This document shows positions 36,214 through 44,543 of a stretch of 64,000 bases of DNA, one piece after another. The stretch spans positions 1 to 64,000 of IMG/VR virus record IMGVR_UViG_3300036860_000563. The stretch is one strand, 5' to 3'. This DNA is from a virus. Taxonomy: Duplodnaviria; Heunggongvirae; Uroviricota; Caudoviricetes. The notes beneath the pieces are model-generated. The model had not been told where the DNA came from. It saw only the letters and a list, made by a program, of their open reading frames with translations, and made no database searches. How positions within the stretch are numbered: the stretch's first letter is position 1; every line of letters begins with the position of its first letter. The translations under genes were made by a program, and so were the position numbers.

Positions 36214-36893
36214 TCGAGCGCGCGTTCGGGCGCAGGCCACAGTTCGATGAGAGGTCTCGTCTCTTCAACGTACGATCGCTCGCCGACCAACTGACACCAC
36301 GCTCGTACACGTGGCGCGTGCCGGAGCACCTGGACCAGGGTAGCGAGGGCTCGTGTGTTGGCTTCGGCTTCGCGCACGAGCTGGCGGCCCAGCCCGTCTC
36401 CGTGAAGAACGTCACCACTCGCACCGCACATGAGATCTACTGGAGCGCGCAGCACGATGACCCGTGGCCGGGTGGTGCCTACCCCGGCGCGTCACCGCTC
36501 TACGAGGGCACGTCGGTGCTCGCCGGTGCGACGGCGCTGCGCGCACTCGGTCACTACCGTGAGTACCGCTGGGCGTTCTCCGAACCGGACGTCGCGGTCG
36601 TCGTGGGACGTCACGGACCGGTGGTGATCGGCGTCAACTGGTACACCGGCATGATGAGCACCGACGCGAGTGGCTTCATTAGGCCGACGGGCGTCATCGA
36701 GGGTGGTCACTGCACCCTACTTCACGGGATCAGCTTGCGCGGTGACCGGTACTCGGTGTGGCAGAGCTGGGGGTCGGACTGGGGCCTCGGTGGCCGGGCG
36801 TTCATCTGGCGTGAGGACCTCGCTCGTCTACTAGCCGAGGACGGTGACGCGTGCGTGCCGGTTCGAAAGAAGCTGCCGGTGGTGACGGTGTAG
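36210..36893 (+). CDS. papain-like (C1 family) cysteine peptidase
   Basis: QGSEGSCVGFGFAHEL (oxyanion Gln + catalytic Cys; compare QGxCGSCWAF), IEGGHCTLLHG (catalytic His region), SVWQSWGSDWGLGG (compare NSWGxxWG). Confidence 0.6.
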   Translation: MIERAFGRRPQFDERSRLFNVRSLADQLTPRSYTWRVPEHLDQGSEGSCVGFGFAHELAAQPVSVKNVTTRTAHEIYWSAQHDDPWPGGAYPGASPLYEGTSVLAGATALRALGHYREYRWAFSEPDVAVVVGRHGPVVIGVNWYTGMMSTDASGFIRPTGVIEGGHCTLLHGISLRGDRYSVWQSWGSDWGLGGRAFIWREDLARLLAEDGDACVPVRKKLPVVTV

Positions 36894-36961
36894 TTGGTGA
36901 TGACACCGCAGCTACGCACGTCACCCCACGCACCACGAGCCTGCCGTGTGTCGTCCACCGG

Positions 36962-37207
36962 GTGCACCGTCCTCGGCCGCGAAGCAACGACGTGCATCAC
37001 GTCTGGCCCCTCGCGGCCGGCGGTCCCGACGTGTTGGAAAATCGTGTGATCATCTGCCCGACGGGTCACCGCAACGTCCACCAGCTGCTGGACGCGTACC
37101 GGCGACTGCTCGGCACGCCTCCCTGGGTGGTGCGCCGGCGCTACTCTGCCGGTGAACGTCGTCTCGCTGCGCTCGGGTACGCGAGACTCACGCGTGGTTC
37201 ACTCTAG
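36962..37207 (+). CDS. HNH endonuclease
   Basis: DVHHVWPLAAGGPDVLENRVIICPTGHRNVH is the H-N-H motif. N-terminal boundary uncertain: the ORF opens at 36851 inside the peptidase gene. Confidence 0.55.
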   Translation: MHRPRPRSNDVHHVWPLAAGGPDVLENRVIICPTGHRNVHQLLDAYRRLLGTPPWVVRRRYSAGERRLAALGYARLTRGSL

Positions 37208-37488
37208 AGGTCATTGTCTCGAGAGAAAAGGTGAGGGAAGAGTTTTTGATGCCCCGCTGGATGCTCAAGTTGTGCTTCACTGGTCGGCGTGTTAAAGGAG
37301 AGAGGATGGTCCGATGGACGCTAAGATCATTATAATGCTGGTGTGCTTTGGACTCGCCGCTCTGTTCATCAGTGTCGCGTTCTGGGGCAATGATGACGAC
37401 AGCTAACTCTTCGTTGGTGGTTGCACGACGTACAGTAATGTGATATAGTCGACGTAGAAGTGATCGAGTGACGAGGGAGTGATCAAGG

Positions 37489-37830
37489 ATGGTCAAGAAC
37501 CAGTTCGGGGACGGTCTCGTCTACGTAGGTGATGAGGATGAGTTCTCCGTCTACGAGATGTTCATGCGAGACCGGGTCGTCATGCGCGTCTCGGTGCGTA
37601 ACACAGACCTGGCGATCCGTGTGAACCGCCCGGACACCGGTGCCGGCTTCGAGCTGAAGACACACGCGCACACGGCGCTACACTCGTACCAGGTTGGCCC
37701 GGAGCCGGTCGACGTTGAGGTGCGGGAGCACGTCGACTCCGCTCACTTGCAGTATGTGATCTACGGTAAGCTACCGTGGCTACTCGCCGACCTGTACGTG
37801 CCGATGACGACGGCTGAGTACCCTGAGTAA
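37489..37830 (+). CDS. hypothetical protein
   Basis: Good RBS. Preceded by the ATGTGATATAGT element. Confidence 0.5.
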   Translation: MVKNQFGDGLVYVGDEDEFSVYEMFMRDRVVMRVSVRNTDLAIRVNRPDTGAGFELKTHAHTALHSYQVGPEPVDVEVREHVDSAHLQYVIYGKLPWLLADLYVPMTTAEYPE

Positions 37831-37852
37831 GATCTCACACACGAGGTGTGAA

Positions 37853-37886
37853 GTCACAGCACCGTGTTGTTGCACGGTGTTGTGAC
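37853..37886 (+). terminator. 14-bp near-perfect hairpin GTCACAGCACCGTG-TTGTTG-CACGGTGTTGTGAC after gene 37489..37830
   Basis: Seen directly. Immediately followed by a TGATATAAT element. Confidence 0.4.
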
Positions 37887-37889
37887 TTA

Positions 37890-37898
37890 TGATATAAT
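37890..37898 (+). promoter_or_regulatory. extended -10 promoter element TGATATAAT
   Basis: TGnTATAAT consensus, upstream of gene 37936. Confidence 0.4.
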
Positions 37899-37935
37899 AG
37901 AACTAGAAGAGATCGAGAGATAAGGAGTGATCAAC

Positions 37936-38514
37936 ATGTGGGTTATGACGTCATTTGGTATCTTGATGCCGGGTCTTCGACCACCACACACCGTGCCCGC
38001 GGGCGATGAGCGCTTACTTCAGGTTCGAGCGCGTCGACGTCGAGATCTTGAGATCTTGCGCGTTGAGTACATGCCGACTCTCGGTGAGATCATCTCGCTG
38101 CCACACACCGACTATGAGTACCGGGCGTACTGCACGCACGAGCAGTGGGCCGCGGCACTCGCTAAGATCGCGCTGGACATCGACTACGTGAAGTTCAAGG
38201 AGACGACCGAGTCGAAGTACCACGATCGTAAGCTTCACGACATGTACCTGGCGCTGTGGAGTAAGATCTTTTCGTCACTGTCCACCCAGCGGCACCAGGA
38301 TGAGTACTGGCGACCAATCACTCGTCGGCGTCAACCGGTCCTAAGCGACCTGGTGGGCACCGTCACGCGCGTAGGTGATGACGGTGACCTAGACGGTCGC
38401 TACGCGGAGATCACGGTGATCCGTGACGCACACGGTCGGATCGATCACACGTGGTGTGAACACGGCGACTCACGAAACGCTAAGCGTCGTTGTCAGCGTC
38501 GCAACGCGCGGTGA
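37936..38514 (+). CDS. hypothetical protein
   Basis: AAGGAG RBS. Confidence 0.5.
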   Translation: MWVMTSFGILMPGLRPPHTVPAGDERLLQVRARRRRDLEILRVEYMPTLGEIISLPHTDYEYRAYCTHEQWAAALAKIALDIDYVKFKETTESKYHDRKLHDMYLALWSKIFSSLSTQRHQDEYWRPITRRRQPVLSDLVGTVTRVGDDGDLDGRYAEITVIRDAHGRIDHTWCEHGDSRNAKRRCQRRNAR

Positions 38515-38562
38515 GACGACAGCATTGGTACGATCTAGCTCTGAGAGACGGAGGTGAGAAGA

Positions 38563-38784
38563 GTGAACCGTGAGAAGGCGCTCAACCTCGTGCGCACGAT
38601 CATCTCAACGCATCGCAACGCGCTCGGTGCCGGTGATGAGCGCGCCGCCGAGGCGCTGCGCAACGCCGAGCAGGACATTCGTGGTCTCGTCGAAGAGATC
38701 TTTGACGAGTGTGAGTTTAAGTTTGACCGACACGTCGATGACGCCATCGACGTTGCCAACGTCGATGAAGGTGAGAAGGCATGA
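38563..38784 (+). CDS. hypothetical small acidic protein
   Basis: GGAGGTGAG RBS. GTG start. Confidence 0.4.
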   Translation: MNREKALNLVRTIISTHRNALGAGDERAAEALRNAEQDIRGLVEEIFDECEFKFDRHVDDAIDVANVDEGEKA

Positions 38785-38805
38785 GCTATGACATCTAGAT
38801 GAGGA

Positions 38806-39000
38806 GTGGTCAGAGTGAACAACGACAAGGAGCTCTACGAGGCACTCGGTGCGATCGCCGACGCGCTCGTACCGGTGTACCGGGGTGAGTTCGCGATACT
38901 CGTCCGGAAGCTCGCGCACGGATCGTACGGTGACGCAGACCGGTACCATGAGATCGTCACCATTGTGCGCCGCTGGCTACGCGACGCCGGTTACGAGTGA
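38806..39000 (+). CDS. hypothetical protein
   Basis: GAGGAG RBS. Confidence 0.4.
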   Translation: MVRVNNDKELYEALGAIADALVPVYRGEFAILVRKLAHGSYGDADRYHEIVTIVRRWLRDAGYE

Positions 39001-39009
39001 TCGGAGGAG

Positions 39010-39198
39010 ATGAGAGTGACGCGAAAGAAGGCTAAGCGACTGCGCTCGGGGCAGCACGTCAGCGTGGCGGGACGAACACTCACGGTAGCGATCACCAAGC
39101 TCGTGCACGACGAGAAACTAGGTGAGCTGGTCGAGGTTCGCTTCATCGACGGCACCGTCATCAGGCGAGCACCTCACGCGCTGCTGGATGTGATCTAG
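39010..39198 (+). CDS. hypothetical basic protein
   Basis: GGAGGAG RBS. Confidence 0.4.
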   Translation: MRVTRKKAKRLRSGQHVSVAGRTLTVAITKLVHDEKLGELVEVRFIDGTVIRRAPHALLDVI

Positions 39199-39462
39199 GT
39201 GAATGAGACCAACGAGACCCACGAGACCCACGAGGTTGACGAGATCGACGAGATCGAGCGCGTCGTGCGCGCACACCCAGCGACCATCATCTTTCAGGAC
39301 CACCTCATCGAGGAACTGCGTAAGATCGATCATCGGTGCGTGCGGACGTACGACGGGTACGGGCGGTGTGTCCGCGTGACGCACACCGACGACGTCCGGT
39401 GCGTGACGGACGACGGGACCCCCTGGCCCGCGTGGGCTGCGAGTATGACGACGAAGGTGTGA
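39199..39462 (+). CDS. hypothetical protein with N-terminal NETNETHETHEVDEIDEIE repeat and 4 Cys
   Basis: 9-bp tandem repeats at 39202..39258. Confidence 0.4.
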   Translation: MNETNETHETHEVDEIDEIERVVRAHPATIIFQDHLIEELRKIDHRCVRTYDGYGRCVRVTHTDDVRCVTDDGTPWPAWAASMTTKV

Positions 39463-39639
39463 TGTGAGAATCAGTGAGGTCTGGGCCGCGATGAAGGCGC
39501 GCGGACGTGTGCCCACCGCGAAGGACGTGGGCTCACGTAACAAGGGTGTTAGGCGCGTGTGGCGTGACAGGCTACGAGTAGACGCTCTGTGCCGGCGTGA
39601 CCAGGTTCTCCCGAGTCGAGCACTCCGGAGGTCACAACC

Positions 39640-40128
39640 GTGACGTTGACCGTCACGTGGGTTGCCGCGTGGATCACGTTTAGCATAACTGTTATCATCG
39701 CCGCGTGGCGAGTCGACCAACTACTAGCCAACTACGTACGCGCGCACACGCCGAGCGCCGATGAACGTGACGTCGCGATCACGGAGCGACGTAACGCGGC
39801 TGAACTCACGCGACTTACACTCGCCGAGACGGCGGAGTTGCGACGCGCTGAGCTGCTCGTGAAGATCGCCGAGGCGCGCGACGTCGAGGCAGGAGTGAGC
39901 GCACTCGCCGCGGACCGGTTAGCCGGTCAACGTGAGATCCTCACGGCGTGGGTAGCGGCGGAGCGTGAGCTCGCGGTGGAGACGGTTCGTAAGAATCATG
40001 ACGCTCGACTGCGCACGGAGGATGTGCTCGACAAGTATGAGCGCTACATGCAGACGACACATAATCGTGGTGCATCATACATGACATTCGATGACTTCAC
40101 CAACACGTTGAGTGACTATGAGGTGTAA
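39640..40128 (+). CDS. membrane-anchored coiled-coil protein
   Basis: N-terminal TM helix WVAAWITFSITVIIAAW. GTGA overlap. Confidence 0.45.
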   Translation: MTLTVTWVAAWITFSITVIIAAWRVDQLLANYVRAHTPSADERDVAITERRNAAELTRLTLAETAELRRAELLVKIAEARDVEAGVSALAADRLAGQREILTAWVAAERELAVETVRKNHDARLRTEDVLDKYERYMQTTHNRGASYMTFDDFTNTLSDYEV

Positions 40129-40130
40129 CG

Positions 40131-40694
40131 GTGACTACGATAGATCGGTGCGTGCGCTACCTGACGAGTGGCACCGACTGGGTGAGTGAACTTCGCGGCC
40201 TGCAGATGTTTGAGCTACTGCGCAGGCAAAATACGATGGCCCGACTGTCGACCGGTGCGAAGCACGGTTACGTTCACATCGGCAACTTGATCGATCGTGC
40301 ACCGTGCTCGGACGAACTGTGGTTCATACTCATGCCCGGAAGCTCAGACGTCGTGGACGTGATCGAGTGGCGTGACGCGCAGGACAGCATGCCTACGATC
40401 GTAGACGTACACGCCGACGTCCTACGTCTCGTGCACAACCCGAGTGACGACATGATTCGACATGGTCACAGCGTCACGGCGGACGCGTGGGAGTGGTGGT
40501 CCGACCCAGAGCGGCAGGAAACACTCACTCGTTCACTACGCGCCGCCGACGTCATCACAACGTCGTACGCCGAGCTGGTGCTGCCACTGCGTGCGTACAA
40601 CGAGAACGTAGTGCACCTGCCGGACGTGCAACCCGACTCGGCGAGTGAGTTCCTCGTCGGGTGGAGCGTCGCACTGGGCCTACTGACGCGGTGA
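40131..40694 (+). CDS. hypothetical protein
   Basis: GAGGTG RBS. Confidence 0.45.
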   Translation: MTTIDRCVRYLTSGTDWVSELRGLQMFELLRRQNTMARLSTGAKHGYVHIGNLIDRAPCSDELWFILMPGSSDVVDVIEWRDAQDSMPTIVDVHADVLRLVHNPSDDMIRHGHSVTADAWEWWSDPERQETLTRSLRAADVITTSYAELVLPLRAYNENVVHLPDVQPDSASEFLVGWSVALGLLTR

Positions 40695-41176
40695 GCGTGG
40701 TCATTCGCCGTGGAATCACTCGCACCGTCCTGCTGACCAGACGGTACGCGGTGAAGGTGCCGAGCCTACGTCGTCACGGCGATGGGTTGACCGGGCTGCT
40801 GTGGTCCGTCTCCCGCGGGATCCTGGCGAACCAGAGTGAGGCCGAGTGGTGGCGGAACGGTCAACCCAGCGTGCGGCGATACCTGTGTCCGGTGCTGCAC
40901 TCGTGGCTCGGGGGTGTCGTCAACGTCTACCCACGGTGCGCGTCATACGTCGACACCGGGCACGGTCACTGGAACGACGTAGCTCACCGATGGGAGCGAC
41001 CCGCGGAGCTGGCCGAGGCCGAGTTCCTGCCGGGTGACCTAAAGCCGGACAACCTGGGTTACCTGGCCGGGAAGTTGGTGGTTCTCGACTACGACATGAA
41101 CTGGAACGGCTGCCCACACGATCGCTCAGGTGTGCCGAACCGGTTCGTAGCCGACGACCTCGGTGAGAGTGCCTGA
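40690..41176 (+). CDS. minimal protein-kinase-like protein
   Basis: RRYAVKVP (VAIK-like Lys), HGDLKPDNLGYL (HRDLKPxN-type catalytic loop), VVLDYD (DFG-like). Confidence 0.5.
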
Positions 41177-41214
41177 AGTGATCGAGTGATCATCAACCTG
41201 GTACCGTAGCTCTC

Positions 41215-41589
41215 GTGCCACTCTGGCTACTCATCGTGCTGGCGTCACTCGCCACCTACCGGGTGACGCGGTTCATCGCCACGGATGAGTTTCCGCTCGT
41301 GGCGGAGCCACGTGACGCGTTCGTCAACCGCTGGGCGACCAAACCCAACCCACAGACGCGGGTGGAGAAGCGCGTGGCGCTGGGTGGACAACGCACCAAC
41401 CTGCTCATGCGCTCCGTCGCGTACCTCTGGGAGTGTGAGTGGTGCCTCGGTGTCTGGGTGAGTGGTGGCGTGACGTACGGGACGTGGCGACTGACGACGC
41501 TCGGCGCCCAGCCGGTGTGGATCGGCGCGCTGGTGTGGCTCACCGCCGCGGCCGTGACCGGCATGATAGCCCAGCGTGAGCCGCACTAG
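41215..41589 (+). CDS. membrane protein
   Basis: Several hydrophobic segments. CEWC motif. Confidence 0.4.
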   Translation: MPLWLLIVLASLATYRVTRFIATDEFPLVAEPRDAFVNRWATKPNPQTRVEKRVALGGQRTNLLMRSVAYLWECEWCLGVWVSGGVTYGTWRLTTLGAQPVWIGALVWLTAAAVTGMIAQREPH

Positions 41590-41608
41590 CCGACTGTGAG
41601 GAGCGCCC

Positions 41609-41818
41609 GTGGACCCAGCTGACCTGGTGAACCGGTTCACGTACCACCCACCACAGCCCGAGCAGATTAAGATCTACGAGGCGATCCGGCGCTCGACGCT
41701 GGCACTCGCACTTGAGATCAACCAGTTCGTGCCGGACTCACGCGAGAAGAGTCTCGCGCTGACTCACCTCGAAGATGTCGTCTACTGCGCCAACGCGGCG
41801 GTGGCGCGTCACGCATAG
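41609..41818 (+). CDS. hypothetical protein
   Basis: GAGGAG RBS. GTG start. Confidence 0.4.
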   Translation: MDPADLVNRFTYHPPQPEQIKIYEAIRRSTLALALEINQFVPDSREKSLALTHLEDVVYCANAAVARHA

Positions 41819-41829
41819 GGCGGTGCCCG

Positions 41830-44541
41830 GTGGCAGATCGACGACGTGATGTCGCTCACCTCATCGTGCCACACGGTGAGCTTTCACACGGTGCGAACGG
41901 TCACACACTTATCACAGCCACGGTCGGTAGTAGCGTCTCACCGATCAACGCGGCCGCCCAGCGGTTGGTTCCGATCGACACGTACCGTGCCCAGTACACC
42001 CAGCCGTGGCAGGACGAGGCCTGGGAATTCTACGCGTCGCTTGGAGAACTTAACCAGGGCGTTGAGTGGTTTGGTGAGGCGGTCTCACGTGTGCGACTAC
42101 TCGCCGCCGAGGTCACCCCCGGCGGGGATGAACCGAGGGTGCTGGACACCGGCCCGGCCGTCGACCTCGTCCAGCGGCTCTGCGGTGGCACGGACGGGCA
42201 GTCTCAGCTGCTCCGATCACTGGGTGTTCAGCTCTCGATACCGGGAGAGTGTTACTTCGTCGGCCGCGACGTGGGGCAGCTGAGCTCACTCGACACCACG
42301 TCGTTGGACGCCGAGCCCGACGAGGACGGTCGTGTCTGGACCGTTCAGCCGACGAACACGGTGCGGCAATCACAGCGTGGCGTCTGGCGGACGCTAGGTC
42401 GTCGCAATCGTACCGATACCCGGCGCGGCTGGGACCTACAGGTCGATGAGGCGGTGTGGGTACCACTGCCCGCCGAGACCCTCATCACTCGCGTCTGGGA
42501 CCGTGATGAGCGCTCTCCGTGGCTGGCCGCGTCACCCGCGCGGGCGGCGCTACCCATCATGCGTGAGATCGACATGTACAACCGGTACGTCATCGCGACG
42601 CTCATCTCACGTGTGGCGTCCAATGGCATCTTGCTGATCCCGGACGAGGTGACGCTACCCGTCAACCCCAACTACGAGACGGCCGCCGACCCGTTCATGG
42701 CCGAGCTGATCGACGTCATGCGCGCCGCGATCAAGAACCCCGGTTCACCGGCGTCCGCGGCACCGGTGCCACTCCGAGTGCGCTCCGAGTACATCGAACG
42801 GTTCCGACACCTCACGTTCGCGACGCCGTTTGACGACAAGATCTTTCAGGCACGCGCCGACGCGATCAAGCGACTCGCCACGACGCTCAACCTGCCGACC
42901 GAGGTTCTAACCGGTCTGGGTTCCGTAAATCATTGGTGCGGAGATGACTCCACGCAAGCATACGTGCGTGATCGTGGCTGGGTGAGCCAGCGAGAACTTA
43001 ACGTCGGTGACGTGATTCTTACCCTCAACCACGAGACCGGGCTGTCCGAGTGGCAACCCGTGCTTGACATCTACCGAGCTGACGTTACCGACGAACAGAT
43101 GCTGGCACTTACTAGCCGGTTTCACTCATCGGTGTCGACGATGGGTCACCGCTGGCCCGTCGTCACGTCGACGGGCTACGACTGGCGCACATCACAGACG
43201 CTCGAGGCGAGTGATCGACTCGTGCTCGCCGTTCCTCACACCGACCTACCGACGACGATGAAGTACAGCGATGAGTTCGTCGAGCTCGTCGCGTGGATGA
43301 CGACGGATGGCTCGATTCGTCGGTGGCAACCTAAGTATAAAGGATCACTCCAGGCCGCCGTCCACCAGTCACATCGTGCTCATCCTGGGCGAGTGGCGGA
43401 GATCAGGCGAGTGCTCACCGCACTGTACGGACCGGCGAGCGTGCACCCGCACGGGTGTGAACGAGCCACCGAGCCTCGCTGGCGTGAGCACCGGTACGAG
43501 TCGTACGGCATGACGACGTGGGTGCTCAACCGAGTCGCTGCCGAGTCGCTCACCGAGGTGATGAATGTTCCTGAGAAGATCGTTACGCGTGACTTTATCT
43601 ACTCACTGACGCGGGCGCAGCTCGACCTGTTCATCAACTCGTACGCGGCCGGTGATGGACGTCAGGGGCCTACCGGCAGCGTGATAAGCTCGCAGCGAGA
43701 CGCCCGCCGACTCGACGCACTCGAGCTCGCGGCGACGCTCGCCGGTTACGTGACGTCGCGTGGGGTCGGTACCGACGGTGGTTTTAAGACCGGGCCGATC
43801 ACCACTCAACGCGTTGTGCACCCGGACAACCAGAACGTACGTGGTGGGCGGTGTAGCGTGGGCGTTGGGAGCGTGACGTCGTACACGGGTGTTGTGTGGT
43901 GTCCCACGACGAAGAACGGTACGTGGTTCGCTCAGCACAACGGTAAGACGTTCTTCACCGGCAACAGCGCGTGGGCACTCAACGAGGACGGCATCAAGAT
44001 TCACATCTCACCCAAGGTTGAGATCATGACGCGGTGCCTCACCGTCGGCTACCTGCACCCGATGCTGCGAGCGCTGGGTGAGCCGACGACCACCGCGGCG
44101 GGTAACCGGATCATCATGTGGTACGACACGTCCGAGCTCACCCAGCGACCCGACCGGTCCCCGCTGGCCGTCCAGCTTCGGGAGATGCTGGTCATCAACG
44201 ACACCGCCGCACGGCGTGAGTCGGGTTTTGACGAGGCGGACGCTCCGACGGATGATGAGCTCGAGAAGATGATCCTCGAGAAGCTCGCCGTTAACCCACA
44301 GACGGCGACGGCTGCGCTGAAGGAGCTCACCGGGCTCAACATCGCCGAGCCGCCGCCCACGGTCCCGGTGGTCGGCACCCCGTCACAGCCCAGCGGCCCA
44401 GCTGGCGACGCGGGTGACGGAACCTCCGTGGAGTCGGCACCTCCGGTGTCGACCACCGGACCACCTAAGACGCGCGACGCACCGCCGCCGGCACCCGACG
44501 AGGGAGCCAACGCGGTCACGACCGGTAGCCGTGGTAACTAG
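41830..44541 (+). CDS. portal protein interrupted by an intein
   Basis: Lies immediately upstream of the MuF-like gene. Portal-like N-terminal region (YTQPWQDEAWEFYASLGEL). Hint + LAGLIDADG insertion. Pro/Gly/Ala-rich C-terminal tail. Confidence 0.6.
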   Translation: MADRRRDVAHLIVPHGELSHGANGHTLITATVGSSVSPINAAAQRLVPIDTYRAQYTQPWQDEAWEFYASLGELNQGVEWFGEAVSRVRLLAAEVTPGGDEPRVLDTGPAVDLVQRLCGGTDGQSQLLRSLGVQLSIPGECYFVGRDVGQLSSLDTTSLDAEPDEDGRVWTVQPTNTVRQSQRGVWRTLGRRNRTDTRRGWDLQVDEAVWVPLPAETLITRVWDRDERSPWLAASPARAALPIMREIDMYNRYVIATLISRVASNGILLIPDEVTLPVNPNYETAADPFMAELIDVMRAAIKNPGSPASAAPVPLRVRSEYIERFRHLTFATPFDDKIFQARADAIKRLATTLNLPTEVLTGLGSVNHWCGDDSTQAYVRDRGWVSQRELNVGDVILTLNHETGLSEWQPVLDIYRADVTDEQMLALTSRFHSSVSTMGHRWPVVTSTGYDWRTSQTLEASDRLVLAVPHTDLPTTMKYSDEFVELVAWMTTDGSIRRWQPKYKGSLQAAVHQSHRAHPGRVAEIRRVLTALYGPASVHPHGCERATEPRWREHRYESYGMTTWVLNRVAAESLTEVMNVPEKIVTRDFIYSLTRAQLDLFINSYAAGDGRQGPTGSVISSQRDARRLDALELAATLAGYVTSRGVGTDGGFKTGPITTQRVVHPDNQNVRGGRCSVGVGSVTSYTGVVWCPTTKNGTWFAQHNGKTFFTGNSAWALNEDGIKIHISPKVEIMTRCLTVGYLHPMLRALGEPTTTAAGNRIIMWYDTSELTQRPDRSPLAVQLREMLVINDTAARRESGFDEADAPTDDELEKMILEKLAVNPQTATAALKELTGLNIAEPPPTVPVVGTPSQPSGPAGDAGDGTSVESAPPVSTTGPPKTRDAPPPAPDEGANAVTTGSRGN
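42937..43965 (+). mobile_element. intein (Hint domain + LAGLIDADG homing endonuclease) inside the portal gene
   Basis: N-terminal Cys block CGDDSTQAYV...NVGDVILTLNHETG. LAGLIDADG-like motifs LVAWMTTDGSI and LFINSYAAGDGRQG. C-terminal block VVWCPTTKNGTWFAQHNGKTFFTGN|S. The C-terminal junction is ambiguous: HN at 43936..43941 is followed by Gly. Confidence 0.6.
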
Positions 44542-44543
44542 CC

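Noticed and set aside
43936-43941. Canonical HN intein terminus
   Set aside because: The following residue is Gly, which cannot be the +1 nucleophile. The boundary 8 residues downstream (N|S) is favoured but is non-canonical, so the exact junction is left open.
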